This document shows positions 23,803 to 38,689 of a DNA stretch of 64,000 nt, one piece after another. Positions within the stretch are counted from its first letter, which is position 1. Each line of letters begins with the position of its first letter. The translations under genes were made by a program, and so were the position numbers. The notes beneath the pieces were generated by a model. That model worked only from the letters and a program-made list of their open reading frames with translations. It was not told the DNA's origin and searched no databases. Origin of the DNA: Mustelus asterias (lineage: Eukaryota); NCBI RefSeq assembly GCF_964213995.1, contig NW_027590338.1:124001-188000 (forward strand), written 5' to 3'.

Positions 23803-24195
23803 GGGGAGGTGGTGGGATAGTTGGAATGTCGCTGGCCGAGTAATGCAGAGACCCAGCAAAGGATCTGGGGACAGGCAGCTGGTGGGATTTGAATTCAGTG
23901 AATCAATCTGGAATTATATAAAGTTAGTCTCAGTAACGGTGACCATGAAACTATCATTGATTGTTGTAAAAACCCATCCAGTTCACCCTATTAATGCTCC
24001 CTATTAGGGAAGGAAATCTGCCATCCTTACCCGGTCTGGCCTACGTGTGAATCCAGACCCACACAGCGATGTGGGTGACTCTTAACTCCCCCTCTGAAAT
24101 GGCTGAGCAAGTCACTCCGTTCAGGGGCAATTAGGAGCTGAGCACCGTGTGCTGGGGCTTTGCCAGCAGTGTCCACATCCCAGGGAAGAATAAAG
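23803..24195 (+). mobile_element. SacSINE1/DeuSINE-like element
   Basis: Deu-domain-like ...agggaaggaaatctgccatccttacccggtctggcctac...; L2-type tail. Confidence 0.75.
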
Positions 24196-24829
24196 AATAT
24201 TCCACGGAAAGTGATGGGTGATTTGAAATGAATTGAAAGTAGGTCAGGAGGTGCTCGTATCGTCCAGAGCTGCTTTTCAATGGATCCTCCTGTTTAAAAT
24301 AAAAACACATCAGTGTGCCCCTTTCCCAGACACACTGACCTTGGAATATCACAATGCTGTTTTTAAACATTCCTTTGTTAAAGAATCAGTCATTTAGAAT
24401 TGTGAAACAGACAGAAATTGAATGTTCCGTTTTTCCTGGGATCCTCCTGTGCCTGGCACCGGTGTCCTGAACAAGGTTATTAACATTCTCTGTGTTAAAG
24501 GTTCCTCCTGGTTCTTGCTGTCTGTTGTGTCCTTTGTCACAGTCGGTACCAGGACATTTCTATTGAAAGGTTGTTAAGAAATTCCAGTGAATTCCAGCCC
24601 CTTGTGTAACGTTCCATTTGGTGTGTGTCAGATTCAGAGATGTCCACGTGTGTGTGAAAAGGGTTCTGGGTCAGGGTTTTAACTCTTCTTTCCCCGTTAG
24701 TAACAATGAGCCCTTTATTCAATTCTAAAGTATAAAGTCCTCATTCGATATCAATTCTACCTGTTATCTACATTTCACTGAACCAGTCTATATTTTCATC
24801 ACAGGACTGCAGTGGGAGCACCGTCAACA

Positions 24830-26010
24830 TCTTACTGACTTGATTGATTTTATCGAGGAGGTGACGAAGGTGATCGATGAGGATAGAGCAGTGGATGTTG
24901 TGTACATGGATTTTAGTGAGGCTTTCGACAAGGTCCCTCATGGTCGGCTCATCCAGAAGATTAAGATGCATGGGATTCACGGTGACTTGGCCACTTGGAT
25001 TCAGAATTGACTTGCCCATAGAAGTCAGAGAGTAGTGGTGGAGGGTGTTTTTCTGACTGGAGGTCTGTGACTAGTGGTGTTCTGCAGGGATCCGTACTGG
25101 GACCTGCGCTATTTGTGATATATATCAATGACTTGGATGAAAACGTGGATGGGTGGGTTAGTAAGCTTGCAGACGACACAAAACTAGATGGAGTTGTAGA
25201 TAGTGTAGAAGGTTGTCAAAGGATACAGTGGGATGTAGATCAGCTACAGATATGAGCAGAGAAATGGCAGATGGATTTTAATCCGGGCAAGTGTGTGGTG
25301 CTGCACTTTGGGAGATCAAATATTAAGGATAAGTATACAGTTAATGTACAGAGGGATCTTGAGGTTCAAGTCCAGAGCTCCCTGAAATTAGCTACACAAA
25401 TATTTAGTCACTAAAGAAGGCATATGGCATGCTTGCCTTTATTGAGTACAAGAGTCAGCATGCCATGTTGCAGCTTTATAAAAGTTTGTTTGGGCCGCGC
25501 TTAGAATATTGCGTTCAATTCTGGTCGCCACATTACAGAAAGGATGCAGAGGTTTTGATGAGGGTGCAGAAGAGGTTTCCCAGGATGCTGCCTGGATTGG
25601 AGGGTGTGAGCGACTGACAAACGAGGGGTGTTTTCTCGATAGCGGTGGAGGGTGAGGGGAGACCTGATAGCAGTCTATAAAATGAGAGACGTAGAATCTT
25701 TTCCTCAGAGTTGATATGTCTAATACCAGGGAGCATGCACTGAAGGTGAGACGGGGAAAGTTCAAAGGAGATGTGAGAGGTAAGTGTTTTTACACAGAGA
25801 GTGGTAGGTGTCTGGGATGCGCTGCTAGGAATGGTGGTGGAGGCAGATACGATAGGGGTGTTTAAGGGGGTTTTAAATAAGCACATGAATATGCAAGGAA
25901 TAGAGGAATATGGACCAAGGGCAGGCAGAAAGGAATAGTTTAATTTGGCATCATGTTCGACACAACATGGTGGGCTGAAGGTTCTGTTCCTGTGCTGTAC
26001 TGTTCTACGT
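24830..26010 (+). mobile_element. Degraded CR1 RT + 3' end
   Basis: SGVLQGSVLGP, LADDTK, LEYCVQFWSP; multiple frameshifts. Confidence 0.85.
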
Positions 26011-26479
26011 TCTATTTGTGATCTCCATTTAGAAAAAGGAAATAGAGGCACTGGAGAAGGGTCAAGAAAGATTCACAAGAATAATCCCAGAACTGTAATC
26101 ACTTGTGAACTCACTGGTGTTTCACCAAGTTTGCTGACTGAGTGAATCCCTTCCCAGTCAGAGCAGGTGACCAGCCTCTGCCTGGTGTGAACTCACTGGT
26201 GGGACATTAGTTCCCGAGAGCTTTTGAAGCCACGCCCACATTTAAAGGGTCTCTCCTGGGTGTGATGATGTTGTGTCTGAGCAGGCTGGATAACTGAGTA
26301 AATCCTTTCGCACACACCAAGCAGGTGAATGGTTTCTCCCCGGTGTGAACTCACTGGTGTTTCAGCAGTGTTGATGATATTCTAAACCTCCTTGAACAGC
26401 GAGAGCAGCTGAACGGCCTCTCCCCGGTGTGAATGTGCTCGGGGATCATCAGTTCCTGAGAGCTTCTGAAGCCGGCCTC

Positions 26480-27685
26480 TCAGGCAGAGCATTTAAAGGG
26501 GCTCTCCTTGGAGTGAGTGGCTTTGTGTCTCAGCAAGCTGGATGAAGCAGTGAATCCCTTCCCACACACAGAGCAGGTGAATGGTCTCTCCCCGGTGTGA
26601 ACTCGCTGGTGTATCCGCAGGTTGGATGACGTTTTAAACCTCTTTGAGCAGTGAGAGCAGCTGAACGGTCTGTCCTCAGTGTGAATGCGCTGGTGGGACA
26701 CCAGATCCTGAGAGCTTCTGAATCCGCTCCCACAGTCAGAGCATTTAAACGGTCTCTCATTGGTGTGAGTGAGATTGTGTGTGCGCAGGTGGAATGACTG
26801 AATGAATCCCTTCCCACACACCGAGCAGGTGAATGGCCTTTCCCCAGTGTGAACTCGCTGGTGTATCCGCAGGTGGTATGATGTTCTAAATCTCTTTGTG
26901 CAGTGAGAGCAGCTGAACGGTCTCTCTTCAGTGTGAATGCGCTGGTGGGATACCAGTTCTCCAGAGCTTTTGAAACCTCCCCCACAGTCAGAGCAGTTAA
27001 AGGGTCTCTCCTGGATGTGAGTAATTTTGTGTTTCAGCAGGGTGGATAATTGAGTGAATCCCTTCCCACACACAGAGCAGGTGAATGGCCTCTCCCCAGT
27101 GTGAACTCGCTCGTGTGTCTGCAGGTTGGATGAAGTTCTAAACCTCTTTGTGCAGTGAGAGCAGCTGAACGGTCTCTCCTCAGTGTGAATGCGCTGGTGG
27201 GACACGAGATCCTGAGAGCTTTTGAATCCGCTCCCACAGTCAGAGCATTTAAACGGTCTCTCATTGCTGTGAGTGACTCGGTGTGTCTTCAGGGTGGATG
27301 ACTGAGTGAATCCCTTCCCACACACAGAGCAGGGGAACGGCCTTTCCCCAGTGTGAACTCGCTGGTGTCTCCGCAGGTGGTATGATGTTCTAAACCTCTT
27401 TGAGCAGTGAGAGCAGCTGAACGGTCTCTCCTCACTGTGAATGCGCTGGTGGGACACGAGATCCTGAGAGCGTTTGAATCTGCTCCCACAGTCAGAACAT
27501 TTAAAAGGTCTCTCCTGGGTATGAGTGACCTTGTGTTTCTGCAGGCTGCCTAAATGAATGAATCCCTTCCCACACACAGAGCAGGTGAATGGTCTCTCCC
27601 CAGTATGACTGCGTTGATGAATTTCCAGCTCAGATGGGGCTCTGTATCTCTTCCCACAGTCCCCACATTTGCACGGTTTCTCCAT
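26480..27685 (-). CDS. C2H2 zinc-finger protein, 14 fingers with 3-finger periodicity (ZNF-5)
   Basis: MEKPCKC start; FTCSVC/FKCSDC/FSCSHC triplets; decayed fingers continue to ~26100 after the stop. Confidence 0.88.
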   Translation of the reverse strand: MEKPCKCGDCGKRYRAPSELEIHQRSHTGERPFTCSVCGKGFIHLGSLQKHKVTHTQERPFKCSDCGSRFKRSQDLVSHQRIHSEERPFSCSHCSKRFRTSYHLRRHQRVHTGERPFPCSVCGKGFTQSSTLKTHRVTHSNERPFKCSDCGSGFKSSQDLVSHQRIHTEERPFSCSHCTKRFRTSSNLQTHERVHTGERPFTCSVCGKGFTQLSTLLKHKITHIQERPFNCSDCGGGFKSSGELVSHQRIHTEERPFSCSHCTKRFRTSYHLRIHQRVHTGERPFTCSVCGKGFIQSFHLRTHNLTHTNERPFKCSDCGSGFRSSQDLVSHQRIHTEDRPFSCSHCSKRFKTSSNLRIHQRVHTGERPFTCSVCGKGFTASSSLLRHKATHSKESPFKCSA

Positions 27686-28988
27686 GGTGTGGGTGTCCTT
27701 GTGACTCTGCAGGTTAAACAATCAGTTAAATCTCACACAGAACGTGGGTACAGTCTCTCCCCGCTGTGAATGCTGTGATGTATTTTCAGGCTGTGTAACT
27801 GGTTAAAGCTCTTTCCACACTCAGTGCACTGGAACACTCTCACTCGGGTGTGTGTATCTCAGTGCATTCCTAGTCACAGTGATGTTTACAATCTTTTGAA
27901 GCCAAGAGGCCAAACAAACATTTCTCCTGCTAGGTTCAAAGGCCGATGATATTCAGGTCCCAAGAAATCGAGTCACTCTGTCAGATCTCGATGTGATGTT
28001 GGAGATTTCTGTCTGATTTCTCCTTGTCTAATATCCTGTAAGTCAATTTAGAAAAAAAACATCGCAATTCAGAATACGATCGAAATTCAAATCTACATTT
28101 CTAGTTTCTATGGAGCATTCATTAAAGACACAGTCATGGAGCATTAAACTTGCCGAGCAGGTCCTCCCGTATCAGCACACAGGCAGCTGCTTTGTGAGAC
28201 TGCCAGCAGTACGGACAAGTCAGAGATAAGGGTGTCCTCAGAAGTGGGATTCATTGTGAAAGCTCAGGGATGGTTGATAAGATGTAAGAACTCGATGATT
28301 CTAATGAACGTTCTTTCCTCTCCCATTCCCCAAAAGCTGTGAATCTCCATCCCACACACTCTCCCTCCATTCTCACTCTGCTGTATCTAATATTCACCCT
28401 CCCAATTCTCCTGAAGGTGCTGATTGAGGCTGATGGACAGATCCATGCTCACTGCTTCCACTCCAGCACAGAAATCAGAACAAATAGGAGCTGCAGTCAG
28501 CATTCGGCCCATCGAGTCTGCTCAACCATTCATTGAGATTATTGGTTGATCTACCTCTGCATTATTTTCCCCACACTGTCCCCCATATCCATCAATATCT
28601 TCAATATCTAGAAACCTATCAATCCCTCTCTTGAAAATTCTTGATGACTGAGGCTCTATAGTCCTCTGGGGTAGAGAATCCAAAACATCACCACATCCTT
28701 GAGTGAAGAAATCCTTCCTCATTTAAGCTTTCTCTCCATTTTCCAGCCTGTTCCCAATAATTATTGACTCCCTTGTCATTCAAAAACTGTCTAACTCATC
28801 CTTGAATATATTCAATCCCTCCACTGGTCCCTATGGAAGAGAAATCTAGATACTAACAATTCTCTGAGGGAAGAGATTGTTGGAAATATATAATATAGCT
28901 GCAGTCCAAAATTACACAGCCAGATATAATAAGTGTATTTTATTACAGAGCTATAAATAATATATCTAATCTGTACCATATAACAACA

Positions 28989-29378
28989 GGGGAGCTGATA
29001 GCCTCGTGGTATTATCGCTAGACTATTAATCCAGAAACTTAGCTGATGTTCTGGGGACCCAGGTTCGAATCCTGCCACGGCAGATGGCGGAATTTGAATT
29101 TAAAAACAAAATCTGGAATTAAGAATCTACTGATGACCATGAAACCATTGTCGATTGACCAAAAAACACATCTGGTCCATGAATGTGCTTTAGGGAAGGA
29201 AATCTGCCGTCCTTACCCAGTCTGGCCTACATGTGACTCCAGAGCCACAGCAATGTGGTTGACTCTCAACCAGCTTCTGAAATGGCCCAGCGAGCCACTC
29301 AGTTCAAGGGCAATTAGGGATGGGCAATAAATGCTGGCCCAGCCGGCAATGCCCGTGTCCCAAGGATGAATAAAAAAA
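28989..29378 (+). mobile_element. SacSINE1/DeuSINE-like element, full length
   Basis: tRNA-like head (ggttcgaatcc B box), Deu core, gaataaaaaaa tail. Confidence 0.8.
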
Positions 29379-30029
29379 CACCATCGGACACGTCTTTGTC
29401 CGATATTGCTTTACTGTCCCCTTTAATATATTTCAGAAATTAGATGGGCACATGAAGGAAATAAAGTTGCAGGGGAACGGGAATATAGAAAGGGAATGGG
29501 ACTGATTGGAATGTTCTACAGAGAGTCGGCATGGATTCGAGTTACTGAATGGACTCCTTCTGCGCTGTAATGACTCGATGAGTGGAAATATATAACATAG
29601 CATCAGTGTTACAATACAAAACGAGAAATAATAATAAATGTACTTTGTTACAGGACCATAAATAATATACCAAATCTACAATATAACAACACAAGGCATA
29701 TCTCTGTCCTATATTAATTTATTCTTCTTTTAAATGTCAGCCATCTCCTGGGGAAACCAGCCCTTTAATTGTGAACATTCGGAAAGGGACTTTTTAACCA
29801 AACAAATAAATGTGTCAAGCTGAGGGAGCAAAGGATGTCAATGTCTTTAAGAGAAATTGCAGTGTTAAAATAAGCTTTACTTGTGACTAATAAATAAACT
29901 TTAAACTTTAATATATACCCACCCAATTCTCCTGAAGGTGCTAATTAATGCTGATCGACACTCACCATTTCATGTTCCTGACAGATCATAAGAAATAGTT
30001 AGAAATTCAGCCCACCAAGCTGCTCAAGT

Positions 30030-30470
30030 GAATTTTTTTTATTCATTCATGGGACATGGATGTTGCTGGCTGGCCAGCATTTATTACCCATCCCTAGTTG
30101 CTCTTGAAGGGCAGTTGAGAGTCAACCACGTTGTTGTGGCTTTGGAGTCACATGTAGGCCAGACCAATTAAGGATGGCAGATTTCATTCCCTGAAGGACA
30201 TTAGTGAACCAGATAGGTTTGTCCGACAATCGAAAGAGTTTCATGGTCATCAGTAATTTCTTAATTCCAGATATTTTTAATTGAATTCAAATTCCACCAG
30301 CTGCTATGGGGTGGGATTGTTGTCGGTGCAGACTCGATGGGCTGAATGGCCTCCTTCTGTACTGTAGGGATTCTATGATTCTATAGCAGGATTCAAACCC
30401 GGGTCCCCAGAACATTCGCTGAGTTTCTGAATTAATAGTTCAGCAATAATACCACAAGGCCATCGTCTCC
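30030..30470 (-). mobile_element. SacSINE1-like element with a nested HE1 3' fragment (~30305-30380, +)
   Basis: Reverse match to 28989-29378, interrupted by SINE-tail sequence. Confidence 0.7.
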
Positions 30471-31283
30471 CCATCAAGATCATGGCTGATCTGATTGTGA
30501 TCTTAACTCCACTTTTCTTCCTGTCACCCTTGACTCCCTTTTCGATCAGAATTCTCTGTATTTTGAGTATATTTAATGATGCAGCCTCCACTGCTCTCTG
30601 GGGAAGAGAATTGCAAAGACTAACGGCCCTCTGAGGGAAGACATTTCTCCTCCTCACCATCAGAAATGGGGGACCCTTTATTTTGACAATCTGCCGACTA
30701 ATTCTGGAATCCCCAACATTGGAAACATCCTCTCTTCATCCATACTAATCACTACCTCACAATCTGATGTCAATACTATGATCACCTCTAAACTCCAGTC
30801 AGTACAGGCCCAAACTTTCCTCCCAAAACAACACCTTCATCCCAGGTATCAGCCTGCAGATCCTTCTCTGAACTGACAATGACAGAGAGGTGATCAGGGA
30901 GGGCAGGGGTGAAACAAAGCAATGGATGGACATGGATTCAGATCCACAGTAACGGAGTCACACCAGCCCCAGAGACGTGGAACCAGAGTACAGATAACAG
31001 AGCACAGGACGAAAATTCAAAATTATAGGTAAATGTTCAATAATACTCACCTCTGAAACAATTTCACTGTTTTCTAATTTAAAACCTGCGGCTGGAAAGA
31101 TGTCAGAAGCACTGGAATCAGAGAAAAATTGCAATGTTCAAATATTCTAACTTCCTGCAAAAAGAGATTACAAGAGTCATGTGTCAATTGTGGCTTGAAA
31201 TTAAGAAATACACATTTTTGGGGGTTTGAGATTGCTGTAAAAATCCTCTTCTTCTAACCATCTGTAAAAGGAGATTCCAAAAA

Positions 31284-31619
31284 TCACAGAATCTCTGCAG
31301 TGCAGAAGGAGGCCTTTTAGCCCATCGAGTCTGCACCAAGTTTCTAACAGATCACCTTTACTCAGGCCCTATACCTGAAACCTGATGTACGTACATCACT
31401 AATCCTTTCCTTCCCCCTCATCTTGGGACACAAAGGGACAATTTAGCATGGTCGATCAACCCACTCTTTGGAGTGTGGGAGGAAACCAGAGCACCCAGAG
31501 GAAACCCACACAGACAGAGGGAGAATGTGCAAACTCCATACAGACAATCACCCGAGGCTGGAATTGAACCGGGTCTCTGGCGCTATGAGACAGAAGTGCT
31601 AACCACTGTGTCACCCCCC
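31284..31619 (-). mobile_element. HE1-like SINE
   Basis: Matches 9693-10014. Confidence 0.8.
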
Positions 31620-32319
31620 AACAGTCATTTGTCCGCCCTGAATATAAATCCATAACATTCTCCCCTCCTGTTTTCTAGCATAAGATTACTTAAGATGGAA
31701 TATACTTACATTGGAAGCTATTCAGACAAGGTTCATGAGCTGATTTCGGGCATGAAGGGGTCTGTTTTATGAGGAAAGGTTAGGCAGGGTGCATCTGTGC
31801 TCATTGGATTTTAGATAAATGAGATGTGATTGTTGGAGTGAAATTAAGACTGTGACCTTTGAAAGTTAATGCGTACGTGACTACAGGACCGGCTGCACCC
31901 AGCACTTATCCTGTGGTTAACAAAGATCATTCTGTTGCTGACTAAATAACGAACTAACCTTTGAGCTACAGCTTGTTATTGTATAAAAAATACGGAACAG
32001 ACAAAAAAAACCAGACCGCGAGGTCCAGATGGTCAGCTTAGCTTAAGATAAAGCGGAACCGAAACTTGTGGGCTTTTGTTAACGGTTGTTTTTGAAGGAA
32101 TGTGATTGGAGGTCAATTATTGCGAGGGGAGCCCAATTGGCTAAGTACAGGTAACCACCCAAAGCTAATGACGAAGTAACCGCTAATGTCTGTATGATTA
32201 AAGTGTATAAAAGACGGCGAGCCGCCGCTCCAAACTGAGAAGGTGAAAGGCAGCATCCATGAACCCGGCCTGTCAGTCAATGACTCAAACATTGTCTCTC
32301 CTGGTCACCCAAATCCTAA

Positions 32320-32700
32320 AGCTCCGCCCACTGACCGCGCATGCGCTCTGCTCCCCGCTAAACAAAGATGGCGGCCGCGGCACCGGGCCTGATCCCGGAT
32401 AAAATCCCCGGAGCTGCAAACCCGGGACCGGAAGGCTCTTATTCAGGCCTGGCGCCCTACAGCAGATGTTTATGAAGCCTCTGCTCCCTCCCCACCCCGG
32501 CTCCCGTTCCATTCCTCCCTCCGCCCCACTGATTCTCACCCCTTGAAACAAGCGTCTCGCGGACTCGCGGGGCTCCGAGCAAAGTGACACTGCGCATGCC
32601 CCAGATACAGCGCTGCGCCTGCGTACTGGGCTCCTGTGGCGTGAATAGGGCACTTTCACACCCGCAGCGAATGCTGGGCAATAACCGCCATTGAAACTTC
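32320..32700 (-). promoter_or_regulatory. CpG-island promoter / first exon, probably for ZNF-5
   Basis: CGCGCATGCGC, TGCGCATGCC, AAGATGGCGGC; minus-strand GTGAG donor at ~32539; homologous to 38760-38930 and reverse 52500-52690. Confidence 0.6.
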
Positions 32701-33069
32701 ATATAGTTAGTTCAAAATAACATTGTTAGCATTTGAGGTAAATTAATGAAATATTGAGAATTGGTGATATGCTGTGCTCTATTTCTCAAAGTTCTGCTGC
32801 AGGACCATGCAATGGTTTCAAAGCTTTTTACCGTTTCCCCCTCACTCCTCCCTTTATGGTGCTGATTCTGGCTGGGTTCAATCGCACAGTCACTGGTTCT
32901 TCTCTCTGTCCCTGATACTGAATATTCACTCTTTTAGAGAAGGATACAGCATAAGTAGAAACCATTTGGCCCATTATGTCTCTGCAGGCTCTCTGGAAGA
33001 TCTATCCAATTAATTCCACAGCCCGGCTGCTCGAGTCAGAACAATGCATATCTGCTGTAGTAATCTGAG

Positions 33070-35175
33070 ACAAAGAACAATACAGCACAGGAACAGGCCC
33101 TTCGGCCCTCCAAGACCATGCCGCTCCCTGGTCCAAACTAGACCATTCTTTTGTATCCCTCCATTCCCACTCCATTCATATGGCTATCTAGATAAGTCTT
33201 AAACGTTCCCAGTGTGTCCACCTCCACCACCTTGCCTGGCAGCGCATTCCAGGCCCCCACCACCCTCTGTGTAAAATATGTCCTTCTGATATCCGTGTTA
33301 AACCTCCCCCCCTTCACCTTGAACCTATGACCCCTCGTGAACGTCACCACCGACCTGGGGAAAAGCTTCCCACCGTTCACCCTATCTATGCCTTTCAAAA
33401 TTTTATACACCTCTATTAAGTCTCCCCTCATCCTCCGTCTTTCCAGGGAGAACAACCCCAGTTTACCCAATCTCTCCTCATAACTAAGCCCCTCCATACC
33501 AGGCAACATCCTGGTAAACCTCCTCTGTACTCTCTCCAAAGCCTCCATGTCCCTTCTGGTAGTGTGGTGACCAGAACTGGACGCAGTATTCCAAATGCGG
33601 CCGAACCAACGTTCTATACATCTGCAACATCAGACCCCAACTTTTATACTCGATGCCCCGTCCTATAAAGGCAAGCATGCCATATGCCTTTTTCACCACC
33701 TTCTCCACCTGTGACGTCACCTTCAAGGATCTGTGGACTTGCACACCCAGGTCCCTCTGTGTATCTACACCCTTTACGGTTCTGCCATTTATCGTATAGC
33801 TCCTCCCTACATTATTTCTACCAAAATGCAACACTTCGCATTGATCAGGATTGAACTCCATCTGCCATTTCTTTGCCCAAATTTCCAGCCTATCTATATC
33901 CTTCTGTAGCTTCTGACAATGCTCCTCACTATCTGCAAGTCCTGCCAATTTTGTGTCGTCCGCAAACTTACTGATCACCCCAGTTACACCTTCTTCCAGA
34001 TCGTTTATGTGACCAAGCCAGTTCTCCACCCATCTAGCCACCTCCCCATTTATGCCATGAGATCCAACCTTTTTCACCAGCCTACCATGAGGGACTTTGT
34101 CAAACGCTTTACTAAAGTCCATATAGACGACATCCACGGCCCTTCCCTCGTCAACCATTCTGGTCACTTCTTCAAATAACTCCACCAGGTTAGTGAGGCA
34201 TGACCTCCCTCTCACAAAACCATGCTGACTATCGTTAATGAGTTTATTCCTTTCTAAATGCGCATACATCCTATCTCTAAGAATCTTCTCCGACAACTTC
34301 CCCACCAGGGACGTCAAGCTCACCGGCCTATAATTACCCAGGTTATCCTTCCTACCCTTCTTAAATAACGGGACCACATTAGCTATCCTCCACTCCTCTG
34401 GGACGTCACCTGTGTCCAGTGACGAGACAAAGATTTGCGTCAGAGGCCCAGCGATTTCATCTCTCGTCTCCCTGAGCAGCCTGGGATAGATTCCATCAGG
34501 CCCTGGGGATTTGTCAGTCTTTATATTCTCTAACAAACCTAACACTTCCTCCCTTGTAATGGAGATTTTCTCCAACGGTTCAGCACTCCCCTCCAAGACA
34601 CTCCCAGTCAACACATCCCTCTCCTTTGTGAATACCGATGCAAAGTATTCATTTCGGATCTCCCCTACTTCTTTGGGCTCCAAGCATAATTCCCCACTTT
34701 TGTCCCTGAGAGGTCTGATTTTTTTCCCTGACAACCCTTTTGTTCCTAACGTATGAATAAAATGCCTTGGGATTCTCCTTAATCCTGTCTGCCAAGAACA
34801 TTTCGTGACCCCTTTTTGCCCTTCTAATTCCCCGTTTGAGTTCTTTCCTACTTTCATTGTACTCCTCCAGAGCTCCCTCCGTTTTTAGCTGCCTGGACCT
34901 AACATACGCCTCTCTTTTCTTTTTGACCAGTCCCTCAATTTCCCTGGTTATCCACGGTTCTCGAATCCTACCCTTCCTATCCTTCTTTTTTACAGGCACA
35001 TGCCTGTCCTGTAGCCCTAACAACTGTTCCTTAAAAGACTCCCACATGCCAGATGTGGATTTACCCTCAAACAGCCTCTCCCAATCAAGAGCTGCCAATT
35101 TCTGCCTAATCCCACTAAAGTTAGCCTTCCCCCAATCCAACACCTTACCCTTGGGACACCACTCATCCTTTTCCA
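33070..35175 (-). mobile_element. 5'-truncated CR1 LINE with an internal RT deletion
   Basis: ORFs 34649-35188, 33484-34857 and 33138-33548; the GVPQG segment is missing (ENWLG-HINDLEE junction). Confidence 0.92.
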
Positions 35176-35252
35176 CCCACACACACACAACACGTGTACA
35201 GTTTCTCCCAGCTGTGAATAGTGTGATGTTTTTATAGCCTGTGTTACTGGTC
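35175..35252 (-). pseudogene. Orphan fragment of the ZNF vestigial-finger leader, cut by CR1
   Basis: Matches 11810-11885 and 27735-27805. Confidence 0.6.
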
Positions 35253-35740
35253 CACAGAGAATCAAATGGGTTTGAGAAAACGAATGTATTCCTTCAGTGC
35301 CGTGATGACTCTGATTGAAAGATACAGCGTAGCTACATTTATTATGATCCTAATCTAGTAAATAAGAAATGCACTGCATTAGGAAATGATAAAAAGGTCA
35401 AACGGGTAACTGAAATGTCTCCTCACAGTCTCTAGATTTCCACGGTTTCTCCCGAATGTGACTGTAGTTGTGAATGGTGCTGTTTCCTTCCGTGTTCAAA
35501 GCTCCCTGCTTTTCAATTTACTATAAATTGTGCAGCTCCATCCAATGCTGATTTGATGTTTTGTGTGAGATTCCTGACCCCAGATCCTCCCTTTATAAGA
35601 CCAATTATATTAACATCTATAACAGAGCTGGAGTTTTTTTTCAATTCAGCAGAAACAGGCCGAAATGAACATGATTCAATCTGAATATTAACAGGAAAAT
35701 TCCAACCACAATAGTTCCTTGTGAATTCGCTGGTGTCTCA

Positions 35741-36995
<1,255 letters not shown>

Positions 36996-37841
36996 GTTCA
37001 AAATGCAATGATATTCAGGTTACAATAAATTGGCCGCCTCCATCAGATTCTGATATGATGTTTGGTTTCAGTTTCCAAACTCCAAATCCTTTTCTAAAAC
37101 CCTGTGAAATTGATTTAAAACGGAAAAAAGGGAGTGAGAGAGAACCCACAAAAAGACAAAGGTAGCTTGTGAAATTGAGCTGAATGAATCTGGGAATTTG
37201 TGGGGCCGGCATTGCTGGCTTGTCATAAAAATCCAACCGGTTCCCCAATGTTCTCAAGGAATGAAACCTGCCACCCAGTCTGGATCTACACAAGACTGTG
37301 GACACTGTGGGAGGAGACAAAGAGAAATAGGAGAGAGCCGGGGTGAAGGAGAGGGATTTTATACATCTACAACTCAACAAGAACTTTGACAGAATCTCCC
37401 AAACCCTCAACCTCCATGACCAAGGACCAGGGTAGTAGGTTAGAAAGGAACCCCATCAACTCCAAGTTCCCCTACAACTTACACATCATGCTGACTTGTC
37501 TGAAATCCTGTACTAAAAGAACATGAACTTTTTTTTATATAACTACTGGGAAGACTGAACCCATTGTGTTCAGTCCCCACTGCAAATTCCACTCCCTCGC
37601 CAGCAACTCTATCCCTCCTCCTGGCAACTGAAAGAGGCAGATCCAGGCTGTTCACAACTGTAGTGAAATATATCACCCCAGGTTGAGCTTCCAACCACAT
37701 ATTCAGATCATCATCAAGGCTGCCTACTTCCATGGAGACAGAGTTTCATGGTGAGAGAGGGAAAGTTTCAAGGAGATGTGAATGAGGAAGTTTTTCATGC
37801 AGAGAGTGGTGGGTGTCTGGAAGGCGCTACTAAAGGAGGTC

Positions 37842-38444
37842 ATCGAGTCATAGAGATTTACAGCATGGAAACAGGCCCTTCGGCCCAACTTGTCCATGCC
37901 ACCCTTTTTTTAAAACCCCTAAACCAATCCCAATTGCTCATATTTGGCCCATATCCCTCTGCACCATCTTACCCATGTAACTAACTGAATGCTTTTTAAA
38001 AGATAAAATTGTACCCGCCTCTACTACCTCTGGCAGCTTGTTCCAGACACTCCCAACCCTGTGTGTGAAAAGATTGCCCCTCTGGACACTTTTGTATCTC
38101 TCCCCTCAAACCTATGCCCTCTAGTTTTAGACTCCCCTACCTTTGGGAAACGATATTGACTATCTAGCTGATCTGTGCCCCTCATTATTTTATAGACCTC
38201 TCTAAGATCACCCCTCAGCCTCCTACGCTCCAGGGAATAAAGTCCCAGTCTATGCAGCCTCTCCTTATAACCCAAACCATCAAGCCCTGGTAGTATCCTA
38301 GTAAATCTTTTCTGCACTCTTTCTAGTTTAATAATATCCTTTCTATAATAGGGTGACCGGAATTGCACACAGTATTCCGAGTGTGGCCTTACCAATGTCT
38401 TGTACAACTTCAACAAGACGTCCCAGCTCCTGTATTCAATGTTC
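37842..38444 (-). mobile_element. CR1 3' fragment nested in an older + strand CR1 3' end (37745-38630)
   Basis: IEYRSWDVLLKLYKTLVRPH; the host resumes at 38445. Confidence 0.8.
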
Positions 38445-38689
38445 TGTGGTGGAAACACACACTAGCAACATTTAAGAGGCATCTGGATGGATAATGAATA
38501 GGGAGGGAATAGAGAGATACAGACCGAGTAAGGACGGAAGGTTTTTTTTAAGTTTAGTGAGGCCATCGTGGTCAGCACAGGCTTGGAGGGCCGAAGGGCC
38601 TGTTCCTGTGCTGTACTGTTCTTTGTTCTTCCACCTCAGTGACATCGCCCGACTCCCCCAGTCTCAGCTCATCTGGAACTCTCACCCAT

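Noticed and set aside
31830-32290. LTR-like segment with TATAAAA (also AT-rich LTR-like tracts at ~6540-6960, 8280-8900, 23050-24800)
   Set aside because: Matching termini or TSDs could not be identified by eye; needs a repeat library search.
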